From NCBI GenBank assembly GCA_045105695.1, contig JBGCDT010000055.1:16538-80537 (forward strand): a stretch of 64,000 nt of DNA. The letters run 5' to 3'. Numbering within the stretch: position 1 is the stretch's first letter; each line of letters opens with the position of its first letter. The translations under genes were made by a program, and so were the position numbers. The notes under the pieces are model-generated. The model ran no database searches. It had not been told where the DNA came from and saw only the letters and a list, made by a program, of their open reading frames with translations. This stretch comes from Saprospiraceae bacterium (GTDB lineage Bacteria > Bacteroidota > Bacteroidia > Chitinophagales > Saprospiraceae). Below, piece after piece: positions 10,680 through 19,213 of the stretch.

Positions 10680-11687
10680 ATGAAACAAGATAAATACATC
10701 GATTTAATTTACCGTCAATGGCAAGGACATCTGTCTATCGCTGAGGAAGAAATGCTAGAAAGATGGTTGTCCGAATCTAATACTCATCGTCAGCAAGCCG
10801 AGGAAGTTCGTCAGTCGATCGAGTTGCTTGGTGATTATGAACCGAGCTTTGAGGTAGATGTAAAAGCCGACTATAAGAAGTTGAAATCTAACCTGAACCT
10901 GAGTACCGTTTCTGAAAAACCACGAAATAAAAGTACAGTTATTTCTTTGTCCTCTCGTCGCAAATGGATGGGCATAGCTGCAACGGTTACGCTATTGATC
11001 ACGGCATCTTTTTTATTTTGGAATCTGAGATCTGTTCCTCTTGAATGGTTAGCTATTGAAACTAAAGCAGGAGAAACTCAAAGTATTACCTTGGAAGATG
11101 GTACCCACATTTGGCTAAACGAAAGAACTCAACTGATTTATCCAAAAGCCTTCACGGGTAAGACCAGACCTGTAAAAATCAAGGGAGAAGCTTTCCTCGA
11201 CGTCGCTAAAAATACAGACCAACCTTTTGAAGTCACCACGAAATCAGCAGATGTAAAAGTGCTTGGAACTTCTTTCAACGTACGTGCTTACGAAATAGAA
11301 CCAACGACCACTATAACTGTTAAGTCAGGTCGCGTCCAGTTTTCGAAAACTGATGAATCTATTGTACTTACACAAAATCAAGAGGCTGTTCTACATCATG
11401 AATCTAAACAGATTTCTCACAATAAACGAGCGGATATGAATGCCTTAGCATGGCAGACAAACCATCTGCGTTTTCGCAATCGCTCACTTACGGAAGTTTT
11501 TGAAATCATGGAGCGTCACTTCAAAATTGAGATAAAGAATACTAATTCGTCATTGAAGGATTGTAAGTTTACTAGTCCAAAGGAATACAATCTGGAAAGC
11601 CTTTTTTCGAAACTGAATAAGTTGTACCAGATTGAAGTGATTACAGATGGAGAAGCGGATTATATTGTCAAAGGAGGAGGGTGTTAA
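10680..11687 (+). CDS. FecR-family anti-sigma factor / transmembrane sensor
   Basis: N-terminal anti-sigma region, a single TM (WMGIAATVTLLITASFLFW) and a periplasmic FecR domain (ITLEDGTHIWLNERTQLIYP...VKVLGTSFNV). Lies immediately downstream of the ECF sigma gene. Confidence 0.85.
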   Translation: MKQDKYIDLIYRQWQGHLSIAEEEMLERWLSESNTHRQQAEEVRQSIELLGDYEPSFEVDVKADYKKLKSNLNLSTVSEKPRNKSTVISLSSRRKWMGIAATVTLLITASFLFWNLRSVPLEWLAIETKAGETQSITLEDGTHIWLNERTQLIYPKAFTGKTRPVKIKGEAFLDVAKNTDQPFEVTTKSADVKVLGTSFNVRAYEIEPTTTITVKSGRVQFSKTDESIVLTQNQEAVLHHESKQISHNKRADMNALAWQTNHLRFRNRSLTEVFEIMERHFKIEIKNTNSSLKDCKFTSPKEYNLESLFSKLNKLYQIEVITDGEADYIVKGGGC

Positions 11688-11761
11688 CACAAGTTTTCAC
11701 AATCCTTCTGAAGACTCGATAAAAGTTTAGTATTTTCACAGGCTAAAGTTTCAATCGAGGT

Positions 11762-14446
11762 ATGTTATTTTGTGGATTTCAAATTTTTTCTAATATCTAT
11801 TTACAGAAACGTCCTGTTTCTGCAAAATTCTTTTTTTTATTCTTTTTTCTTTTTTGTACTACTATTTATGGACAGCAGGTGCTGGATAATAAGTACGATT
11901 TTGTGGTGACAAATCAGACGCTCCCAGATGGTTTATGGTCTTTGACAGAAACGACTGATGTTCAGATTGTTTTTAGTAATAATGATTTTTCTGAAAAAGA
12001 ATATTCCTTTTCTTTTCAGCAAAAGTCATTGCGGTTTATTTTGGATCGCTTGTTAGAAAACGAAGGGCTACGGTTTACTTACGAAGACGATCAAGTTCTT
12101 ATTTTGAAAAAAACAACTCCAAAGGTTACAGTGAGTGGCTATGTCGAAGATGTAGAAACTGGAGAACGATTAATCGGTGCAAATATTTATGAAGTCAAAT
12201 CGCAGCTAGGAACAACTACCAATGAATATGGTTTTTTTAGCCTTACCACTAAAGTTGTAAAACCGGTGTTAGAGGTTTCTTATTTGGGGTATGCCACATA
12301 TAGATTACCAGTTGGAGGAAGCAACAAGGAACAAGTGCTTGTTTTACTGAAACCTAGTTTGACTCTTACAGAGATAGTTGTCGTTGGAAGAGATAGTATT
12401 TCTAACAATAATTTTACAGAATCGGCAACTGAATTAAATCTTAGCGAAAAACTTATCAGCTTACCAACGCTAGGAGGCGAAGTAGATGTACTCAGAATTA
12501 TGCAACAGTTACCTGGTGTGCAAAATGGAACAGATGGATTAGGAGGGCTTTATGTTCGCGGAGGTAACGCCGATCAGAACCTGGTGTTACTAGATGGTGT
12601 ACCCGTTTACAACCCTTATCATGCCTTAGGTTTGTATTCTATCTTCGACCATAATATTATCAAGAAAGTAAAATACCTAAGAGGTGAATTTCCGGCACGA
12701 TATGGCGGGAGAATATCTTCCGTCGTAGATGTACGAACGAAGGAAGGAAATAACAAAGAATACCATGGTCAGGGAACAGTAGGTCTAATCGCCAGCAAAT
12801 TAGCCCTTGAAGGACCAACGCAAAAAAATAAAGGGGCATTTTTCATCAGCGCTCGACGAACTCATTTAGACCCTTTTCTGAAAAGATATTCTGAACAAGA
12901 GCGACGGGACAATGGAGATACCGGCAGCTATAATTATTACTTCGGAGAAGTGATTGCTAAGTTGAATCATCAGCTTTCTGCAAAGGATAGAATTTATTTA
13001 AGTTTTTATAAAGGAAACGATACCTACCAAAACGATAAAGAAACTGACCGACTCTCAGACGACTTCAGAGATCAGTCTACCCTATCTCAGGATTTGACCT
13101 GGGGGAATACGCTAGGCGTTTTGCGCTGGAATCATCAGTTTGGAAATAAACTGTTTACAAATCTGACAGCGACCTACAGCCAATTCAAATTTACATCAAA
13201 CGAATTGAGAAATGAGCAATACACCTTAGATGGAACGGTATTGTTTGCTGATTTTATTCAGTCCATCTACCGCTCACGCATCAATACATTTTCTGTAAAG
13301 TACGATGTGGAATATGTTCCTTCTCCAAATCATTACATACGTGCAGGTATTGTTGGGTCGCAGCATTTGTTCAGTCCTGGAGCGGTTAGTCAGCGAGATA
13401 GTTCTTCTATTGAAGAGGAAGTTTTATCAGAAGATGTTAGTGGACTAGAGCGAGAAGTTTTGGAAGCCGGCCTTTATTTTGAAGACGACTGGCAAATTGG
13501 AAAAAAGCTAAAAATAAACTGGGGGGCTTATGTTTCCTTATTCGCTGTACCTGATAAAAATTATCTGCTGGTCGACCCAAGGCTTGCTTTGCAATGGAAA
13601 ATAACAAGACATTTACAATTTAGTGCTTCCGCAAATAGAATGACGCAGCAACTCCATTTGCTGACCCGAACAGATTCCGGATTTCCTTCTGATCTCTGGG
13701 TACCGTCCACCAGCAAAATAAAACCACAGCGTTCCTGGATGTTTGATGCGGGGCTGAACTGGCGTTTCAAAAAGGATTGGTCTGTTACCACAAGTGCTTA
13801 TTACAAAAGAATGAGTAACCTGCTCAATTACACAGAAGGATCAAATGCGCTGCCGAACACAGGTGTACTCATCAGCCTAGATTGGGAAAACAGAGTTACT
13901 ACAGGAACGGGTTTGTCCAAAGGAATAGAGCTGTTACTCAAAAAAGAAAACGCCAAAAATGTAGGCTGGTTGTCTTATACCTTGTCAGAATCCACGCGGC
14001 AATTTGATGAAATAAATAGTGGAGAGCGTTTTCCTTTTAGATATGATTTGAGACACGTTTTGAATCTAAGTTACAGCAGACAGCTTACGGAGCGGTGGCG
14101 AGTGGCGGGGAGCTTTGCTATTTATTCAGGTAGTCGGATCAGCCTGGCTTTGAATGAGTGGCAGTATGTTCGACAGGATGGAAAACCAGATTTTGTTTAT
14201 CAGAACTTTGGGGAAAAGAACAGCTATACTTTGCCAGCATATCACCGGTTGGATATTTCGGCCAGCTATAAGAAAGAAATTCCAAAAGGTTATTGGTCTG
14301 TTGATATGGGTATTTACAATGTGTACAACCGACGGAATATTTATTACATCGAATCGGATTACAATCCAGGAACACAAACCTTGGGTTACACTTCGGTCAG
14401 TTTGATACCAGTTTTACCATACGTTAGTTTAAGTATTTCTATATGA
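11762..14446 (+). CDS. TonB-dependent receptor with N-terminal STN signalling and carboxypeptidase-regulatory-like domains
   Basis: STN-like segment (FSFQQKSLRFILDRLLENEGLRFTYEDDQVLILKK), CarboxypepD_reg (VTVSGYVEDVETGERLIGANI), plug (DVLRIMQQLPGVQNGTDGLGGLYVRGGNADQNLVLLDGVPVYNP) and a C-terminal beta-barrel ending in an aromatic-rich strand. Confidence 0.85.
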   Translation: MLFCGFQIFSNIYLQKRPVSAKFFFLFFFLFCTTIYGQQVLDNKYDFVVTNQTLPDGLWSLTETTDVQIVFSNNDFSEKEYSFSFQQKSLRFILDRLLENEGLRFTYEDDQVLILKKTTPKVTVSGYVEDVETGERLIGANIYEVKSQLGTTTNEYGFFSLTTKVVKPVLEVSYLGYATYRLPVGGSNKEQVLVLLKPSLTLTEIVVVGRDSISNNNFTESATELNLSEKLISLPTLGGEVDVLRIMQQLPGVQNGTDGLGGLYVRGGNADQNLVLLDGVPVYNPYHALGLYSIFDHNIIKKVKYLRGEFPARYGGRISSVVDVRTKEGNNKEYHGQGTVGLIASKLALEGPTQKNKGAFFISARRTHLDPFLKRYSEQERRDNGDTGSYNYYFGEVIAKLNHQLSAKDRIYLSFYKGNDTYQNDKETDRLSDDFRDQSTLSQDLTWGNTLGVLRWNHQFGNKLFTNLTATYSQFKFTSNELRNEQYTLDGTVLFADFIQSIYRSRINTFSVKYDVEYVPSPNHYIRAGIVGSQHLFSPGAVSQRDSSSIEEEVLSEDVSGLEREVLEAGLYFEDDWQIGKKLKINWGAYVSLFAVPDKNYLLVDPRLALQWKITRHLQFSASANRMTQQLHLLTRTDSGFPSDLWVPSTSKIKPQRSWMFDAGLNWRFKKDWSVTTSAYYKRMSNLLNYTEGSNALPNTGVLISLDWENRVTTGTGLSKGIELLLKKENAKNVGWLSYTLSESTRQFDEINSGERFPFRYDLRHVLNLSYSRQLTERWRVAGSFAIYSGSRISLALNEWQYVRQDGKPDFVYQNFGEKNSYTLPAYHRLDISASYKKEIPKGYWSVDMGIYNVYNRRNIYYIESDYNPGTQTLGYTSVSLIPVLPYVSLSISI

Positions 14447-15336
14447 GCGAAAATGTAAGCGTATTGTTATTTGTATGTAGTTTGGTTTTCTTTTTCAGTT
14501 GTGAAGAGGAAGAGACACTTGATTTTTCAGAGGATAAAAAACTGGTGTTGTTGTCTAATTTTTCTCCTGATAGTTTGTTACGAGTTTCTTTGTCTACGAC
14601 GATTGCTATAAATGGTGCCTTTGGAACGACTACGAATTATCCCAACGATGCTGTGGTAGAATTTTTTGAGGATGGAATATTTAAAGAGCAACTTAGTTAC
14701 CATTCGGGAAACGATCTAATAGCTCCGTTCTATTTTTCCAACTTTAACCCTAAAATAGAAAGTAACTATTTGCTACAAGCAAAAGTAAACGACTTTCGGG
14801 AAATTGAATCAAGGGGAAAAGTACCTCCAGTAGTTAATATTCAGAGTCTCAGCCTTACCGATTCTACTGTAGTTGAGGATGCAAATATCCTAGGTCGTTT
14901 AATTTATAATCTCTCTGTAGAACTATTGTTAGAAAATATTTTAGATACTACTCAGTATTTTCATCTAAAAGCGTATCGTTTTATAAATGGAAAAACCAGA
15001 GCCTGCAATCTTTCCACAGCAGAAGGTACTGGAACACCACTACTGCATGAATCTGGCGTTTTGCTGCGAAGCAGCGACTTTCAGCAAGGGGAATTGAATG
15101 TAGGAATAGATTTTATTTTCAATGAAAATATCGAAAGTAAAAGTCCTATCTACCTAGAGCTAAGACACACAGAGGAAAACTATTATCGCTTTCACAAGTC
15201 CATAGGAGAGCAGGAAGCCTTTAGTGCTAACCAAAGCGTATTCTCCTCAGAAGTCTTTTTCATCTACAATAATGTAGAAAATGGATTAGGAAATTTCAGT
15301 GGTTATAGCGCAGTATTGGATTCCTTATTATTCTGA
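14443..15336 (+). CDS. DUF4249-like lipoprotein (usual partner of this TonB-receptor subclass)
   Basis: Lipobox-like N-terminus (LLFVCSLVFFFSCEEEE) and a 4-nt ATGA overlap with the receptor gene. Size and position match the DUF4249 genes that follow CarboxypepD_reg TonB receptors in Bacteroidota. The family call is from memory of that synteny, not from a search. Confidence 0.6.
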   Translation: MSENVSVLLFVCSLVFFFSCEEEETLDFSEDKKLVLLSNFSPDSLLRVSLSTTIAINGAFGTTTNYPNDAVVEFFEDGIFKEQLSYHSGNDLIAPFYFSNFNPKIESNYLLQAKVNDFREIESRGKVPPVVNIQSLSLTDSTVVEDANILGRLIYNLSVELLLENILDTTQYFHLKAYRFINGKTRACNLSTAEGTGTPLLHESGVLLRSSDFQQGELNVGIDFIFNENIESKSPIYLELRHTEENYYRFHKSIGEQEAFSANQSVFSSEVFFIYNNVENGLGNFSGYSAVLDSLLF

Positions 15337-15344
15337 AATAAAAA

Positions 15345-15370
15345 AGCCAACATCAATGAAGATGCTGGCT
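15345..15370 (+). terminator. intrinsic terminator hairpin after the DUF4249-like gene
   Basis: AGCCAACATC-aatgaa-GATGCTGGCT forms a 10-bp stem with one mismatch, 9 nt after the stop. The trailing T-tract is weak (gctatttta). Confidence 0.55.
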
Positions 15371-15543
15371 GCTATTTTACTACTTTAAAAACAAAACTTA
15401 TCTTTTTTAGTCCATAGCCACAAGGCTTTCTTGCACCTTGTTTCCTTATAGACGGGTGGAAATGGGGAACCCCCTACTGATTCTGAGTTTTTTTTGAAAA
15501 AAATCTTTTTCAGAAAAAAGGTATCCGACTCGATGGCGTGAAT

Positions 15544-15619
15544 GATATTGCCGTGGCTATGCCACTACAGGTACTGGCGTAGCGATGCTACTATAGTTAT
15601 TTTCGTGGCGATGCCACTA
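15544..15619 (-). repeat. cluster of three family-A REP-like hairpins (consensus AGTRGCATMGCYACG on the - strand)
   Basis: Hairpins lie at 15553-15565 (GTGGC TAT GCCAC), 15579-15591 (GTAGC GAT GCTAC) and 15606-15618 (GTGGC GAT GCCAC), spaced 26-27 nt apart. The middle copy carries a compensatory G>A / C>T stem change. The last copy ends 2 nt before the TolC-like stop codon. Confidence 0.7.
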
Positions 15620-15620
15620 A

Positions 15621-16925
15621 TTAGAAAGATTCGAGGTCGTTTGACAGGTAGTTCACTACGGGGGATTTGCCGAGGAGACCTTTGATGGTAAGGATGTCAA
15701 TGAAAGTCAGGGTCGCAGATTTTTCAATCTTTTGTAATTCTCTTTCACTTTTTAGGATACTTTCTTTTATTCGGAGTAACGTTAGAGGATGGACGGTTCC
15801 ATTCTGAAGATACTTTTCGTAAGTGTCTTCTAGTTTGTTCTTTGCAATGTGATCTTGAATCAATTGATACTCATCCATTAGATGGTCAAATTCTGCATAG
15901 GCTGTAATTAGATCCTCTTCAATCTCCAGGCGCAACCTTTCCTGCTGATATAGCTCGTCAAAGATTTCTAATTGAGCTTCATTGATGTTTACTCGGTTGG
16001 AAGATTTTGTTGGAATAATGAGACTCATCCCTAGAGAGAATTCTCTGAAAGGAGAAGCGTTGTTTCTGCCGGCATATTTGAGTTGAACAAAATCAAAAAC
16101 CTTTTCTGTTTCAGCGACTTCCATGTCATAGTCCAACTTTGCAAGGTCGATATCGTTTTGCTGAATAGATTCTTCTATGGTTGGATCTTGAGCAGCATCT
16201 AGTTTTTCCAAAACCTCTCTCATTGTTTCCACTGTGATCCAATTGCTGGCTTGTAGTTGGTACGTTTCTGAATTTTCTGTCTCTGGAAATAATTGACTTA
16301 TGGAAAAAACCCTTTCATGATTAAGTTCTAAGAGTTCCTGATCAAGTTCTTGCAAGTCCTCCTCTGTTTTCAAAAGGCCGTCGATATTTAACTGCTGAGC
16401 ATTGCGCATCATTTTTTTGTAGATGGTCTTTTTATCTTCTAGGATGATTCGCTTTTGGTCATACCATTCTAGTTCACTATCTGAAAAATACCACTTGGTG
16501 ATATACTCATAGCGTTTGATGAGTTCCCGCTCGCGAAGAATTTGATCTTTTAATTCGTAGGACTGAATGGTGCTATTTGTTATTCTATTCTGAACATCTC
16601 TCGCAGATTTATTATTGAAATTCATTCTGAACAGATACTCTTGTCGACTGGCATCGAGTTCATCTGTTTCTGTTCTAAAGCTCATCTCATCGACCAAAGG
16701 CATCTTCTGATTTTCCTCTTTAAGGTATTGCAAGTTCTCTTGTAGCAATGCCCTTCCGTTAGTACTAATGTTTTTAGACAAGAGCTGAGTAGTCGAAAAA
16801 TCTCTTTGCGCAAAAGCATTGTTAGAAAATAGAAAAACTAACAAAGAAAGACTGAGCCGAAAAAACGAAACAGATAAATTTCGACAAGAAGTGGTAATCT
16901 TAAAAGAATAGAAAGAGCAGTACAT
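15621..16925 (-). CDS. divergent TolC-like outer-membrane factor
   Basis: Signal peptide ending AFAQ, about 430 aa, very rich in charged coiled-coil heptads interrupted by short beta segments (FDFVQLKYAGRNNASPFREFSLGMSLIIP). Its start overlaps the upstream adaptor gene's stop by 1 nt (TAATG). The family call rests on architecture and context only. Confidence 0.5.
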   Translation of the reverse strand: MYCSFYSFKITTSCRNLSVSFFRLSLSLLVFLFSNNAFAQRDFSTTQLLSKNISTNGRALLQENLQYLKEENQKMPLVDEMSFRTETDELDASRQEYLFRMNFNNKSARDVQNRITNSTIQSYELKDQILRERELIKRYEYITKWYFSDSELEWYDQKRIILEDKKTIYKKMMRNAQQLNIDGLLKTEEDLQELDQELLELNHERVFSISQLFPETENSETYQLQASNWITVETMREVLEKLDAAQDPTIEESIQQNDIDLAKLDYDMEVAETEKVFDFVQLKYAGRNNASPFREFSLGMSLIIPTKSSNRVNINEAQLEIFDELYQQERLRLEIEEDLITAYAEFDHLMDEYQLIQDHIAKNKLEDTYEKYLQNGTVHPLTLLRIKESILKSERELQKIEKSATLTFIDILTIKGLLGKSPVVNYLSNDLESF

Positions 16926-18034
16926 TATTTATTAGCCGATTTGGAACTGATCGTGCTTTTTATTTCATCGTCCTTTGTAACCGTTTGTGTACGCAACAAA
17001 GAAAAGAAAGAAGCAAAAGAGTTTTCAGCTGATTCATGTAAAGAGTTAAGCATTACTTTTTCTTTTTGTAAAAAAGAATTATCTGCAGGAATGCTAATGA
17101 GAACTTCGCGGCCATAAGTTTTGATGTCTGGCATCTTACGAAGCCGTTCAGGGATTTCTACGATTCGAGAACCGAGGCCAGTGACCATACCTTCGATCTG
17201 TTGTTCGGGATGTAATGTGGAAGAGACCAACAAAGTATCACCAACCTTCACCTGCAAAATCAAGCTCTCGTGTACAAAGCCTTTTACAATAGTGGGGTTA
17301 CGTTCATAAAAACGAATGAAGGTTTTAAAGGCGGGGAAGTTTTCCCCTTCCTTACAAAGTATATTTCCAATCAATCCATCTGACGGAGCCAGAATTTCCA
17401 GTTGATTTTGTTCATCTTTATAATAATCAATCTCTCCTTGGATTTTTTGTTGCTGAACAGCAGAAGGTGTACGTAAGTAAGCCAGTTCGTTTTTTAATTG
17501 TTTTATTTCTGCATCAACGGGGTTCATAACAAGGGCTTTACTTTCCTCCAAAGCATTGAGCTTGATTTGATTAGGAGATTCCTTTTGATCCAGATCTTCG
17601 TTTTTGAAGCTTTCTAAATCATTTAATAAACTTTTATTATAAGCAATTACTGCTTCTAGACTTTTTATATCAGCATCAATTTCAGCAGCCTTGGTGTTCC
17701 GTTTTATTTCTAACTGCTCTATGCGATCGTTGATTTCCTGCTTGCGCAATTTTGTTTGTATCTCTAATTGCTTCATGTCCAAGTTCGCCGACTCTATTTT
17801 AAAACCGATAGAAGATTGTTTTACCTTCATTAGCAATTCTCCCTTGGTGACAGCTTGTCCTGGGATAACTAAAATTTCTTCAATAGAGACCGCCTTGTCA
17901 TGACTCAACTCTGTTTCTTTGTTCTCCGCAAAGCCATAGAAAAAAGCAGAAGCTTGTCCCAATGAACTATTCATTTGGTACAATGCATAGCAAAGTGGAA
18001 TGATGGCTAGATATAATAGATTAAATTTTTTCAT
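16925..18034 (-). CDS. HlyD-family membrane-fusion (periplasmic adaptor) protein
   Basis: N-terminal anchor (LLYLAIIPLCYALY), lipoyl-like hairpin (VIPGQAVTKGELLMKV), a roughly 170-aa coiled coil, and a beta-barrel half (ILAPSDGLIGNILCKEGE...VKVGDTLLVSS). Confidence 0.75.
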   Translation of the reverse strand: MKKFNLLYLAIIPLCYALYQMNSSLGQASAFFYGFAENKETELSHDKAVSIEEILVIPGQAVTKGELLMKVKQSSIGFKIESANLDMKQLEIQTKLRKQEINDRIEQLEIKRNTKAAEIDADIKSLEAVIAYNKSLLNDLESFKNEDLDQKESPNQIKLNALEESKALVMNPVDAEIKQLKNELAYLRTPSAVQQQKIQGEIDYYKDEQNQLEILAPSDGLIGNILCKEGENFPAFKTFIRFYERNPTIVKGFVHESLILQVKVGDTLLVSSTLHPEQQIEGMVTGLGSRIVEIPERLRKMPDIKTYGREVLISIPADNSFLQKEKVMLNSLHESAENSFASFFSLLRTQTVTKDDEIKSTISSKSANK

Positions 18035-18046
18035 TGTCTTAAGCGG

Positions 18047-18742
18047 TTATATAGCTTCTCCAATATCATTTTGAAAAACTAAACTTATTACTTTTAGATC
18101 AGGGAACTCCTTTAGATTTGCGACTAAATTCCCACCACTAAAAGTATCTCTTAATTTCAAACGATATTCGTATAACATCAGGTGTGCTTTCTTATCACTT
18201 GGAAATACCTTGTAGCTGACAATTGCATATTTTTTACAAAAAGTATTCAGCTCTTTTTCTAATTCAGGATAAGATTCATAATCACGAGGCACTTGTAAAC
18301 GAAGTGTTCCCGTCAGTGATTTCTTTTTACTAAAAGATGAGAAGCGCAGCAGAAAAGCAGTCAGGCAAAAACCAATCGTCCCGACAAAGGCAATCAAAAA
18401 ACCAAACACACCACAGGCAATACCTGCAGCAATGGAAGAGAAAATAAAAACAATATTTCGTGGATCTCGAACGGTTGTTCTGAAACGAATAATAGAGAGT
18501 GCTCCTAGCATTCCTAAACCTCGGGCAACAGAGTCACCAATGGCTTGAATAATGGTAGCGGCAACAACGGTAATCAAAACCATCGCTTGTAAAAAGTGGT
18601 CGGGACGTGTGACCGTCCTACTCGTTTTTTCATAAGTGAAGGAAATCATTACCCCTAGCAATAGTGCACACAATACCGTAAAGACTATGGCAATCAGAGT
18701 TGGGTTTTCTGAATTGTACTGAATTGAAGATATATCAAACAT
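18047..18742 (-). CDS. DUF4956-like integral membrane protein with a soluble C-terminal domain
   Basis: Four TM helices with the segment GALSIIRFRTTVRDPRNIVFIF, which I recall as the DUF4956 signature (GALSIVRFRT..KD.RD..F.F). About 90 aa of C-terminal alpha/beta domain follow. A 12-nt gap separates it from the adaptor gene. Confidence 0.6.
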   Translation of the reverse strand: MFDISSIQYNSENPTLIAIVFTVLCALLLGVMISFTYEKTSRTVTRPDHFLQAMVLITVVAATIIQAIGDSVARGLGMLGALSIIRFRTTVRDPRNIVFIFSSIAAGIACGVFGFLIAFVGTIGFCLTAFLLRFSSFSKKKSLTGTLRLQVPRDYESYPELEKELNTFCKKYAIVSYKVFPSDKKAHLMLYEYRLKLRDTFSGGNLVANLKEFPDLKVISLVFQNDIGEAI

Positions 18743-19213
18743 GTTAAATAATAATTTCAGGTTGTTAGCTCAAAGCAAATGGTTGCTAGCTGCTAACTCA
18801 ATTTTTCAGGAACAACTTTAATAGTCAAATGCAATTATAATTCTTTATTCACAAGCCGTGCTCGAAACGGTGAACACTTTAAATACAGGCGGACGATAAA
18901 AAGACCTACCTAAATAAGCGTATTTCTTTAGAGAATTACTGGTGATTGTTAGACTTAATTTACCTTTTGAAAGAGGGCATACATTTTCTGAAACAGGTAA
19001 AATTATATTTGGAAGTTATCAAACAGAATTCCTGTGGAAAGAACATGATTAGTTTGATTTTTAAGTCATACCCTGCAAGTTAAGGCATTGTGCTGTAAGT
19101 TGTTTTATTTTACCACCTCTTTTTTCTCCAAGGATTATACTACTTCTATCAGAACAAGTTAGTTATTCCACAAAGTTGAGCTATGGTGTTATTATAATTA
19201 CGCAAACTGATGG

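Noticed and set aside
15408-15426. Possible fourth, degenerate family-A copy (TAGTCCATAGCCACAAGGC) in + orientation
   Set aside because: Only an 8-mer (ATAGCCAC) and short flanks match, and the left stem arm is missing. That is too weak to distinguish from chance.
15544-15619. Regularly spaced repeats considered as a tiny CRISPR array
   Set aside because: The repeats are only 13-16 nt and the spacers about 13 nt. There are three copies and no cas genes in the window. The repeat is a simple 5-bp hairpin also found singly at 9996-10018, so REP-like is the better description.
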